In this document: positions 17,986-27,058 of the stretch, piece after piece | Layout: each line of letters opens with the position of its first letter | Numbering within the stretch: position 1 is the stretch's first letter | Virus record (IMG/VR): IMGVR_UViG_2778261530_000011 | DNA: 38,435 bases | Direction: 5' to 3' (one strand) | Source of the DNA: a virus | Taxonomy: Duplodnaviria > Heunggongvirae > Uroviricota > Caudoviricetes | Translations under genes and position numbers: made by a program | Notes under the pieces: model-generated | Database searches by the model: none | The model's input: the letters and a program-made list of their open reading frames with translations, nothing else | Told to the model about the DNA's origin: nothing

Positions 17986-19014
17986 TCACATGACCTCGAT
18001 AATCTTATTCACAAACTCCATGTTAATACTATCATAAGAATCCTTTAAGCGCGAAGAAAAACCATTTATTACACTCTTTTTGATAAATGTTTTTTCCAGC
18101 CCATCCAGCCTTACATTTGAAGTTTGAAGGTCAACTTGTCTTGTGAATCCTGTCTCTGGCTCTTTGAATTTTATTTTTATTAAGTCATAACCTCCATTTT
18201 TATCTTCTTTAAAGAAGTTTGAGACAGATTTTATCCATCCAAGGACATTGTTGGGGCCATGGTTTGGTACTAAGCGTAAAGTACTTTCTTTAGGAATAAT
18301 AGCCGCGTTAACATCTGGCGCATTAATAGTTCTGTATTCATTCTTTACCAAAACGACATCAGAAAGTCCTTCTTTATTTATTTTATTGAACAAATCTTCA
18401 TCTAACTTTCCAGATATATCAAAGACTGGCTTGTATAATACTTTTATTTTTTTCTTTGTTAAACTTGACACTTCATTTGTTAAAGTGTTACATGAAAAGA
18501 TATCTTCATTATCTTTGGCTACGTTAAAGAGAACTTTATTCAGGAAACCATTTATTTTTGCTGTGGAAACTCCTGGTATTGGCATAAAACTCATGTCATA
18601 CGTTCGCATATTTCCGTCTAGAGAAATAATCATATGAGAAGAAACTTCGTAACCTTCACCTTCCTCATGTTTTGGTGATATTTCGGTGCGAACATCTGTA
18701 TTAATGTTTTTTAATACAGTAGTGCTTCCATTTTTATCTACAGCATTAATTAAAAGACCAAGATGGCTGGGTTTTTTATCGGCTCTGTTTGATAAGAATA
18801 TTACATCTTGTAAAGTTAAAACTAAGTCTCCTTTTTCATAACTGTGCATCATTGCTTTACAACGTACTATTTTAGAAGCAAGTTCACGCATTGTTGGTAC
18901 CGGGCAAACACAGTTCGATCTGATGCTATCATCAATTTTCTGTGTACGGTATTGTGTATCGATCGTAATAGTATGATGAGTTATTACTCTACTGAATGCG
19001 TCCAGTGTAGCCAT
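17986..19014 (-). CDS. Hypothetical soluble protein; first gene of AT-rich moron
   Basis: 342-aa ORF, AT-rich, no recognisable catalytic motif; no obvious SD at 19014, so the start could be at an internal Met. Confidence 0.55.
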   Translation of the reverse strand: MATLDAFSRVITHHTITIDTQYRTQKIDDSIRSNCVCPVPTMRELASKIVRCKAMMHSYEKGDLVLTLQDVIFLSNRADKKPSHLGLLINAVDKNGSTTVLKNINTDVRTEISPKHEEGEGYEVSSHMIISLDGNMRTYDMSFMPIPGVSTAKINGFLNKVLFNVAKDNEDIFSCNTLTNEVSSLTKKKIKVLYKPVFDISGKLDEDLFNKINKEGLSDVVLVKNEYRTINAPDVNAAIIPKESTLRLVPNHGPNNVLGWIKSVSNFFKEDKNGGYDLIKIKFKEPETGFTRQVDLQTSNVRLDGLEKTFIKKSVINGFSSRLKDSYDSINMEFVNKIIEVM

Positions 19015-19128
19015 TTCAAAATATCCGCTTCTTTGCTGTTTTTATATGGAGAAAGTTTACATAACCACTAACGCGTACGCAAAAACTATTGTATCGTGTT
19101 AAGAGTGGTTACTTCGCCACACAGCTTA

Positions 19129-19157
19129 AACCCGCCGTCGAGCGGGTTTTGTCGTTT
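19129..19157 (+). terminator. Rho-independent terminator upstream of the lysis genes (tR'-like)
   Basis: Stem aacccgc/gcgggtt with 6-nt loop followed by TTTTGTCGTTT. Confidence 0.55.
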
Positions 19158-19301
19158 CTGGGGCTGGGGATTCGTTGGTCCTGGCCTATTCCGCAGTTAT
19201 CCATTGGCTCGGCTTCTTTGACGTTTCCGCTTCTGATTTGCGGTACATGATGTTCCCTCAATTTGCACTTGCTGTATCAGCGAGGTGAGAGATAACTACA
19301 A

Positions 19302-19628
19302 ATGCCTCATAACCCAAATACCTGGCTGGAGTTGGTCCAGAGCTGGTGGCGTGGAGACACACCACTGGGCGCAGTGATTATGTCGATTGTTATGGCTGGA
19401 TTGCGCATTGCCTATTTTGGCGGTGGTGGTGGGTGGAAGCGAAAAACGCTCGAGATTTTGCTCTGTGGTGCTCTGACGCTGACTTTTGCATCCGCTCTTG
19501 AGTATGTCGGATGGCCTAAATCTCTTTCTGTTGCCATTGGTGGCGGTGTTGGGCTGATTGGTGTCGATGCAATTCGTGGGGCTGCAATGCGAGTAATCGG
19601 TAACAAATTTGGTAGCTCGAAGGAGTAA
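19302..19628 (+). CDS. S: Class I holin (lambda S-like)
   Basis: 108 aa; hydrophobic helices and charged C-terminus resembling lambda S; immediately upstream of R. Confidence 0.8.
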   Translation: MPHNPNTWLELVQSWWRGDTPLGAVIMSIVMAGLRIAYFGGGGGWKRKTLEILLCGALTLTFASALEYVGWPKSLSVAIGGGVGLIGVDAIRGAAMRVIGNKFGSSKE

Positions 19629-19631
19629 TTT

Positions 19632-20108
19632 ATGCAGGCACTAAATTCCCAGCGTAAAGCTTTCCTCGATATGGTGGCATGGTCAGAAGGAACGGATAAC
19701 GGACGGCAGAAAACCAGAAATCATGGTTATGACGTCATTGTAGGCGGAGAGCTATTTACTGATTACTCCGATCATCCTCGCAAACTTGTCACACTAAACC
19801 CAAAACTAAAATCAACAGCCGCCGGACGTTATCAGCTTCTTTCACGCTGGTGGGATGCTTATCGTAAGCAGCTTGCTCTGAAAGACTTCTCTCCGAAAAG
19901 CCAGGACGCTGTGGCATTGCAGCAGATTAAGGAGCGTGGCGCTTTACCGATGATTGATCGCGGTGATATTCGTCAGGCAATTGACCGTTGCAGCAATATC
20001 TGGGCTTCACTGCCGGGCGCTGGTTATGGTCAGTTCGAGCATAAGGCTGACAGCCTGATTGCAAAATTCAAAGAAGCAGGCGGAACGGTCAGAGAGATTG
20101 AGGTATGA
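19632..20108 (+). CDS. R: Endolysin (lytic transglycosylase, lambda R)
   Basis: 158 aa, near-identical to lambda R as recalled ([35 protein letters not shown]). Confidence 0.95.
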   Translation: MQALNSQRKAFLDMVAWSEGTDNGRQKTRNHGYDVIVGGELFTDYSDHPRKLVTLNPKLKSTAAGRYQLLSRWWDAYRKQLALKDFSPKSQDAVALQQIKERGALPMIDRGDIRQAIDRCSNIWASLPGAGYGQFEHKADSLIAKFKEAGGTVREIEV

Positions 20109-20566
20109 GCAGAGTAACCGCGATTATCTCCGCTCTGGTTATCTGCATCATCGTCTGCTTGTCATGGGCTGTTAATCATTACCGCGATAACGCCATTACC
20201 TACAAAGCCCAGCGCGACAAAAATGCCAGAGAACTGAAGCTGGCGAACTCGACAATTACTGACATGCAGGTGCGCCAGCGTGATGTTGCTGCGCTCGATG
20301 CAAAATACACGAAGGAGTTAGCTGATGCGAAAGCTGAAAATGATGCTCTGCGTGATGATGTTGCCGCTGGTCGTCGTCGGTTGCACATCAAAGCAGTCTG
20401 TCAGTCAGTGCGTGAAGCCACCACCGCCTCCGGCATGGATAATGCAGCCTCCCCCCGACTGGCAGACACCACTGAACGGGATTATTTCACCCTCAGAGAG
20501 AGGCTGATCACTATGCAAAAACAACTGGAAGGAACCCAGAAGTATATTAATGAGCAGTGCAGATAG
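20105..20566 (+). CDS. Rz: i-spanin Rz
   Basis: 153 aa, near-identical to lambda Rz; N-terminal TM anchor. Confidence 0.95.
   Translation: MSRVTAIISALVICIIVCLSWAVNHYRDNAITYKAQRDKNARELKLANSTITDMQVRQRDVAALDAKYTKELADAKAENDALRDDVAAGRRRLHIKAVCQSVREATTASGMDNAASPRLADTTERDYFTLRERLITMQKQLEGTQKYINEQCR
20325..20507 (+). CDS. Rz1: o-spanin Rz1 (lipoprotein embedded in +1 frame of Rz)
   Basis: 60 aa; lipobox LVVVGC and proline-rich core; entirely within Rz. Confidence 0.9.
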   Translation: MRKLKMMLCVMMLPLVVVGCTSKQSVSQCVKPPPPPAWIMQPPPDWQTPLNGIISPSERG

Positions 20567-20597
20567 AGCTGCCCATATCGATGGGCAACTCATGCAA

Positions 20598-20891
20598 TTA
20601 TTGTGAGCAATACACACGCGCTTCCAGTGGAGTATAAATGCCTAAAGTAATAAAACCGAGAAATCCATTTACGAATGTTTGCTGGGTTTCTGTTTTAACA
20701 ACATTTTCTGCGCCGCCACAAATTTTGGCTGCATCGACAGTTTTCTTCTGCCCAATTCCAGAGACGAAGAAATGGTGGGTGATGGTTTCCTTTGGTGTTA
20801 CTGCTGCCGGTTTGTTTTGAACAGTAAACGTCTGTTGGGCACATCCTGTAATAAGCAGGGCCAGCGCAGTAGCGAGTAGCATTTTTTTCAT
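20598..20891 (-). CDS. bor: Bor outer-membrane lipoprotein (serum-resistance-associated)
   Basis: 97 aa, near-identical to lambda Bor; lipobox LITGC. Confidence 0.95.
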   Translation of the reverse strand: MKKMLLATALALLITGCAQQTFTVQNKPAAVTPKETITHHFFVSGIGQKKTVDAAKICGGAENVVKTETQQTFVNGFLGFITLGIYTPLEARVYCSQ

Positions 20892-21181
20892 GGTGTTATT
20901 CCCGATGCTTTTTAAAGTTCGCAGAATCGTATGTGTAGAAAATTAAACAAACCCTAAACAATGAGTTGAAATTTCATATTGTTAATATTTATTAATGTAT
21001 GCTAGGTGCGATGAATCGTCATTGTATTCCCGGATTAACTATGTCCACAGCCCTGACGGGGAACTTCTCTGCGGGAGTGTCCGGGAATAATTAAAAACGA
21101 TGCACACAGGGTTTAGCGCGTACATGTATTGTATTATGCCAACACCCCGGTGCTGACACGGAAGAAACCGGACGTTATGAT

Positions 21182-21715
21182 TTAGCGTGGAAAGATTTGT
21201 GTAGTGTTCTGAATGCTCTCAGTAAATAGTAATGAATTATCAAAGGCATAGTAATATCTTTTATGTTCGTGGATATTTGTAACCCATCGGAAAACTCCTG
21301 CTTTAGCAAGATTTTCCCTGTATTGCTGAAATGTGATTTCTCTTGATTTCAACCTATCATAGGACGTTTCTATAAGATGCGTATTTCTTGAGAATTTAAC
21401 ATTTACAACCTTTTTAAGTCCTTTTATTAACACAGTGTTATCGTTTTCTAACACAATGTGAATATTATCTGTGGCTAGATAGTAAATATAATGTGAGACA
21501 TTGTGACGTTTTAGTTCAGAATAAAACAATTCACAGTTTAAATCTTTTCGCACTTGATCGAATATTTCTTTAAAAATGGCAACCTGAGCCATTGGTAAAA
21601 CCTTCCATGTGATACGAGGGCGCGTAGTTTGCATTATCGTTTTTATCGTTTCAATCTGGTCTGACCTCTTTGTGTTTTGTTGATGATTTATGTCAAATAT
21701 TAGGAATGTTTTCAA
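21182..21715 (-). CDS. DUF1398-like protein (lambda p78 / YbcV-like putative envelope protein)
   Basis: 177-aa AT-rich ORF at the lambda p78 position; true start may be internal. Confidence 0.5.
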   Translation of the reverse strand: MKTFLIFDINHQQNTKRSDQIETIKTIMQTTRPRITWKVLPMAQVAIFKEIFDQVRKDLNCELFYSELKRHNVSHYIYYLATDNIHIVLENDNTVLIKGLKKVVNVKFSRNTHLIETSYDRLKSREITFQQYRENLAKAGVFRWVTNIHEHKRYYYAFDNSLLFTESIQNTTQIFPR

Positions 21716-21877
21716 TTAATAGTATTGGTTGCGTAACAAAGTGCGGTCCTGCTGGCATTCTGGAGGGAAATACAACCGACAGATGTATGTAAGGCCAACG
21801 TGCTCAAATCTTCATACAGAAAGATTTGAAGTAATATTTTAACCGCTAGATGAAGAGCAAGCGCATGGAGCGACAAA

Positions 21878-22084
21878 ATGAATAAAGAACAATCTGCTGA
21901 TGATCCCTCCGTGGATCTGATTCGTGTAAAAAATATGCTTAATAGCACCATTTCTATGAGTTACCCTGATGTTGTAATTGCATGTATAGAACATAAGGTG
22001 TCTCTGGAAGCATTCAGGGCAATTGAGGCAGCGTTGGTGAAGCACGATAATAATATGAAGGATTATTCCCTGGTGGTTGACTGA
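21878..22084 (+). CDS. Small hypothetical protein (lambda p79-like)
   Basis: 68 aa; position and sequence as recalled for the lambda right-end ORF. Confidence 0.55.
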
Positions 22085-22248
22085 TCACCATAACTGCTAA
22101 TCATTCAAACTACTTAACCTGTGACAGAGCCAACACGCAGTCTGTCACTGTCAGGAAAGTGGTAAAACTGCAACTCAATTACTGCAATGCCCTCGTAATT
22201 AAGTGAATTTACAATATCGTCCTGTTCGGAGGGAAGAACGCGGGATGT

Positions 22249-22443
22249 TCATTCTTCATCACTTTTAATTGATGTATATGCTCTCTTTTCTGACGTTAGC
22301 CTCCGACGGCAGGCTTCAATGACCCAGGCTGAGAAATTCCCGGACCCTTTTTGATCAAGAGCGATGTTAATTTGTTCAATCATTTGGTTAGGAAAGCGGA
22401 TGTTGCGGGTTGTTGTTCTGCGGGTTCTGTTCTTCGTTGACAT
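22249..22443 (-). CDS. Small ribbon-helix-helix-type DNA-binding protein (YlcI/DUF3950-like)
   Basis: 64 aa; basic N-terminus followed by an RHH-like segment. Confidence 0.5.
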   Translation of the reverse strand: MSTKNRTRRTTTRNIRFPNQMIEQINIALDQKGSGNFSAWVIEACRRRLTSEKRAYTSIKSDEE

Positions 22444-22642
22444 GAGGTTGCCCCCTATTCAGTGTCGCTGATTTGTATTGTCTGAAGTTGTTTTTACGTT
22501 AAGTTGATGCAGATCAATTAATACGATACCTGCGTCATAATTGATTATTTGACGTGGTTTGATGGCGTAGATGCACGTTGTGACATGTAGATGATAATTA
22601 TTATCATTTTGTGGGTCCTTTCCGGCGATCCGACAGGTTACG

Positions 22643-22654
22643 GGGCGGCGACCT
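22643..22654 (+). other. cosN cohesive-end site (12-nt GGGCGGCGACCT) with flanking cosQ and cosB
   Basis: Exact lambda cohesive-end 12-mer preceded by CCGACAGGTTACG (lambda right-end sequence) and followed by a cosB-like region up to Nu1. Confidence 0.85.
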
Positions 22655-22830
22655 CGCGGTTTTTCACTATTTATGAAAATTTTTCAGGGAAAATCGTGTC
22701 GGTACTTCTCGAATATAACTTTTTGTTTTTTTTAATATTTCATCCGTAAAGGTCCGACATGAAAGTGTCCGAAAATGCCTTTTTCTGGCGTTTTCATGTC
22801 GGGCCTTGTATTTGATAATGGGGTGTTTTC

Positions 22831-23379
22831 ATGAAGGTTAATAAAAAGAGGCTTGCCGAAATTTTCAACGTGGACCCGCGGACGATTGAACGCTGGCAGT
22901 CTCAGGGACTCCCTTGCGCCTCCAAAGGTAGTAAGGGCATTGAATCTGTATTTGATACTGCCATGGCAATTCAGTGGTATGCGCAGAGGGAAACTGATAT
23001 CGAAAACGAAAAGCTCCGCAAAGAACTGGACGATTTGCGTGCGGCAGCGGAGTCAGATTTACAACCCGGCACCATTGACTATGAACGCTACAGGCTCACA
23101 AAAGCGCAGGCAGATGCGCAGGAACTGAAAAATGCCCGTGAAGACGGAGTAGTGCTGGAAACTGAACTGTTTACCTTCATTCTGCAACGTGTGGCACAGG
23201 AGATTTCGGGGATACTTGTGCGTGTGCCGTTGACATTACAGCGTAAATATCCGGACATTTCACCATCACACCTTGATGTGGTGAAAACTGAAATCGCGAA
23301 AGCCTCCAATGTTGCAGCTAAGGCCGGTGAAAACGTGGGCGGGTGGATCGATGATTTCAGACGCGCAGAAGGCAGCTAA
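22831..23379 (+). CDS. nu1: Terminase small subunit
   Basis: 182 aa, clear lambda Nu1 homologue (N-terminal winged HTH, IENEKLR motif). Confidence 0.9.
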
Positions 23380-25279
23380 TGCAGCCGGTGCGATAGCTAC
23401 AGGGCTTTTATCTCTCATTATTCCTGTTCCACTGACGACAGTTCAGTGGGCCAATAAACATTATTACCTTCCTAAAGAGTCGTCTTATACCCCGGGGCGG
23501 TGGGAAACACTGCCGTTTCAGGTTGGCATCATGAACTGTATGGGCAACGATCTGATTCGCACGGTTAACCTGATTAAATCTGCCCGTGTTGGTTATACAA
23601 AGATGTTGCTGGGAGTGGAGGCTTATTTTATTGAGCATAAATCACGCAACAGCCTTCTTTTTCAGCCCACGGACTCAGCTGCTGAAGATTTTATGAAATC
23701 TCATGTTGAGCCAACGATAAGGGATGTTCCTGCATTGCTGGAGCTGGCTCCATGGTTCGGAAGAAAACACCGCGATAATACGCTCACCCTGAAGCGTTTT
23801 TCCTCCGGTGTGGGGTTCTGGTGTCTGGGTGGTGCGGCAGCAAAAAACTACCGTGAAAAATCCGTGGATGTGGTCTGTTATGACGAGCTTTCCTCGTTCG
23901 AACCGGATGTTGAAAAAGAGGGTTCGCCAACCCTGCTGGGGGATAAACGTATTGAGGGCTCTGTATGGCCAAAATCCATTCGCGGCTCGACGCCTAAAAT
24001 CAAAGGCTCCTGCCAGATCGAAAAAGCCGCTAACGAGTCGGCACACTTCATGCGTTTTTATGTGCCCTGTCCGCACTGTGGGGAGGAGCAGTATCTGAAA
24101 TTTGGCGATGATGCCTCGCCTTTCGGTCTTAAGTGGGAGAAGAATAAGCCAGAAAGTGTTTTCTACCTTTGTGAGCATCATGGCTGTGTGATCCATCAGT
24201 CTGAGCTTGACCAGAGTAACGGGCGGTGGATCTGTGAAAACACGGGCATGTGGACCCGTGACGGCCTGATGTTTTTCAGCGCCCGGGGTGATGAAATTCC
24301 GCCGCCGCGCTCCATCACTTTCCATATCTGGACGGCGTACAGTCCGTTCACCACCTGGGTACAGATTGTCTATGACTGGCTGGATGCACTGAAAGATCCC
24401 AACGGCCTGAAAACCTTTGTGAACACCACGCTGGGCGAGACCTGGGAAGAGGCTGTGGGCGAAAAACTCGATCACCAGGTGCTGATGGATAAGGTTGTGC
24501 GTTACACGGCGGCGGTGCCTGCCCGGGTGGTTTATCTGACGGCGGGCATTGACTCGCAGCGAAACCGTTTTGAGATGTATGTCTGGGGATGGGCTCAGGG
24601 AGAGGAAGCCTTTCTGGTGGATAAAATCATCATTATGGGGCGTCCCGATGAGGAAGAGACGCTGTTACGTGTGGATGCGGCGATCAACAAAAAATACCGC
24701 CATGCAGACGGAACCGAAATGACTATTTCCCGTGTCTGCTGGGACATCGGGGGGATCGATGGCGAAATCGTTTATCAGAGGTCAAAAAAACACGGTGTTT
24801 TCCGGGTGCTGCCGGTAAAAGGCGCATCTGTCTATGGCAAGCCGGTGATCACCATGCCAAAAACCCGCAATCAGCGGGGCGTGTATCTGTGTGAAGTGGG
24901 GACGGACACCGCAAAAGAAATTCTCTATGCCCGTATGAAAGCCGATCCCACGCCTGTGGATGAAGCCACGTCGTATGCCATCCGTTTTCCTGATGATCCG
25001 GAGATTTTTTCGCAGACAGAGGCGCAGCAACTGGTCGCGGAAGAGCTTGTGGAGAAGTGGGAAAAAGGAAAGATGCGTCTGCTGTGGGATAACAAAAAGC
25101 GGCGTAACGAAGCGCTGGACTGCCTGGTGTATGCCTACGCGGCATTACGTGTGTCCGTGCAACGCTGGCAGCTTGATCTGGCTGTACTGGCAAAATCCCG
25201 GGAAGAAGAGACGACCCGGCCAACCCTTAAAGAACTGGCAGCGAAGCTGTCCGGAGGAGTGAATGGTTACAGTCGCTGA
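23351..25279 (+). CDS. A: Terminase large subunit
   Basis: Lambda gpA homologue; start placed at ATG 23351 overlapping the Nu1 3' end so that length matches lambda A; the track's longer ORF begins at 23309. Confidence 0.9.
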
Positions 25280-25469
25280 ACTGCAGGCGCTGCGTCAGGC
25301 GCGCCTTGATTTATTAACCGGTAAACGGGTGGTGTCTGTCCAGAAAGATGGTCGCAGAATTGAATATACGGCGGCTTCTCTGGATGAGCTTAACCGGGCG
25401 ATCAATGATGCGGAGTCGGTACTGGGGACAACCCGGCGTCGCCGTCGTCCGCTGGGAGTGAGGTTATGA
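25263..25469 (+). CDS. W: Head-tail joining protein
   Basis: 68 aa, lambda gpW homologue (LLTGKRVVSVQKDGRR). Confidence 0.9.
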   Translation: MVTVAELQALRQARLDLLTGKRVVSVQKDGRRIEYTAASLDELNRAINDAESVLGTTRRRRRPLGVRL

Positions 25470-27058
25470 AACGAACGCCTGTCCTGATTGATGTGAACGG
25501 CGTTCCGCTTCGTGAGAGTCTCAGCTACAACGGGGGCGGTGCAGGATTTGGCGGGCAAATGGCTGAGTGGTTGCCACCGGCGCAGAGTGCCGATGCGGCC
25601 CTGCTGCCCGCGTTGCGTCTGGGGAATGCCCGGGCAGATGATCTGGTGCGCAATAACGGAATAGCGGCTAATGCGGTGGCTCTGCATAAGGATCACATTG
25701 TCGGGCATATGTTTCTGATCAGCTACCGTCCGAACTGGCGCTGGCTGGGGATGCGGGAGACCGCAGCAAAAAGCTTTGTCGATGAGGTGGAGGCGGCCTG
25801 GTCGGAATACGCCGAAGGGATGTTTGGCGAGATCGACGTGGAAGGAAAACGCACGTTCACGGAATTTATCCGTGAAGGTGTGGGCGTTCATGCGTTTAAC
25901 GGCGAAATCTTTGTGCAGCCGGTCTGGGATACGGAAACCACGCAGTTATTCCGTACGCGTTTTAAAGCCGTGAGTCCGAAACGGGTGGACACGCCTGGAC
26001 ACGGTATGGGGAACCGTTTTCTGCGGGCCGGTGTGGAGGTCGATCGATATGGCCGTGCCGTCGCGTACCATATCTGTGAGGATGATTTTCCGTTCTCTGG
26101 TAGTGGACGATGGGAACGGATCCCGCGTGAACTTCCCACCGGGCGTCCGGCCATGCTGCATATTTTCGAGCCGGTGGAGGACGGGCAGACCCGTGGGGCT
26201 AATCAGTTTTACAGCGTCATGGAACGGCTGAAGATGCTCGATTCCCTGCAGGCAACACAGCTTCAGTCGGCCATAGTGAAGGCGATGTATGCAGCGACGA
26301 TTGAAAGTGAACTTGATACCGAAAAGGCCTTTGAATATATCGCCGGCGCGCCACAGGAGCAGAAGGATAATCCGCTTATTAATATTCTGGAGAAGTTCTC
26401 CAGCTGGTATGACACGAATAACGTGACACTGGGCGGTGTCAAAATTCCGCACCTTTTCCCTGGTGATGATCTGAAACTACAGACTGCGCAGGATTCAGAC
26501 AATGGATTTTCTGCGCTTGAACAGGCGCTGCTGCGGTATATCGCCGCCGGTCTTGGCGTTTCCTACGAACAGTTGTCCCGTGATTACTCGAAGGTCAGTT
26601 ACTCAAGTGCCCGCGCCTCCGCCAATGAGTCGTGGCGCTATTTTATGGGGCGGCGAAAATTTATTGCGGCCCGGCTGGCCACGCAGATGTTTTCCTGCTG
26701 GCTGGAAGAGGCACTTCTTCGGGGGATTATTCGTCCGCCACGGGCACGTTTTGATTTTTATCAGGCGCGATCAGCCTGGTCACGGGCAGAGTGGATTGGT
26801 GCCGGAAGAATGGCCATTGACGGGCTCAAGGAAGTCCAGGAATCAGTGATGCGCATTGAGGCCGGACTGAGCACGTATGAGAAAGAGCTGGCGCTGATGG
26901 GCGAGGATTATCAGGACATTTTCCGCCAGCAGGTCAGGGAATCTGCTGAGCGGCAAAAAGCCGGACTCTCACGTCCGGTGTGGATAGCGCAGGCGTATCA
27001 GCAGCAGATAGCGGAGAGTCGCAGGCCGGAAGAGGAGACAACACCACGTGAGACGTAA
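25466..27058 (+). CDS. B: Portal protein
   Basis: 530 aa lambda gpB homologue. Confidence 0.95.
   Translation: MKRTPVLIDVNGVPLRESLSYNGGGAGFGGQMAEWLPPAQSADAALLPALRLGNARADDLVRNNGIAANAVALHKDHIVGHMFLISYRPNWRWLGMRETAAKSFVDEVEAAWSEYAEGMFGEIDVEGKRTFTEFIREGVGVHAFNGEIFVQPVWDTETTQLFRTRFKAVSPKRVDTPGHGMGNRFLRAGVEVDRYGRAVAYHICEDDFPFSGSGRWERIPRELPTGRPAMLHIFEPVEDGQTRGANQFYSVMERLKMLDSLQATQLQSAIVKAMYAATIESELDTEKAFEYIAGAPQEQKDNPLINILEKFSSWYDTNNVTLGGVKIPHLFPGDDLKLQTAQDSDNGFSALEQALLRYIAAGLGVSYEQLSRDYSKVSYSSARASANESWRYFMGRRKFIAARLATQMFSCWLEEALLRGIIRPPRARFDFYQARSAWSRAEWIGAGRMAIDGLKEVQESVMRIEAGLSTYEKELALMGEDYQDIFRQQVRESAERQKAGLSRPVWIAQAYQQQIAESRRPEEETTPRET

Noticed and set aside
23675-24475. 266-aa minus-strand ORF inside terminase large subunit gene A
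   Set aside because: Antisense to a confidently identified CDS; no RBS or recognisable domain.
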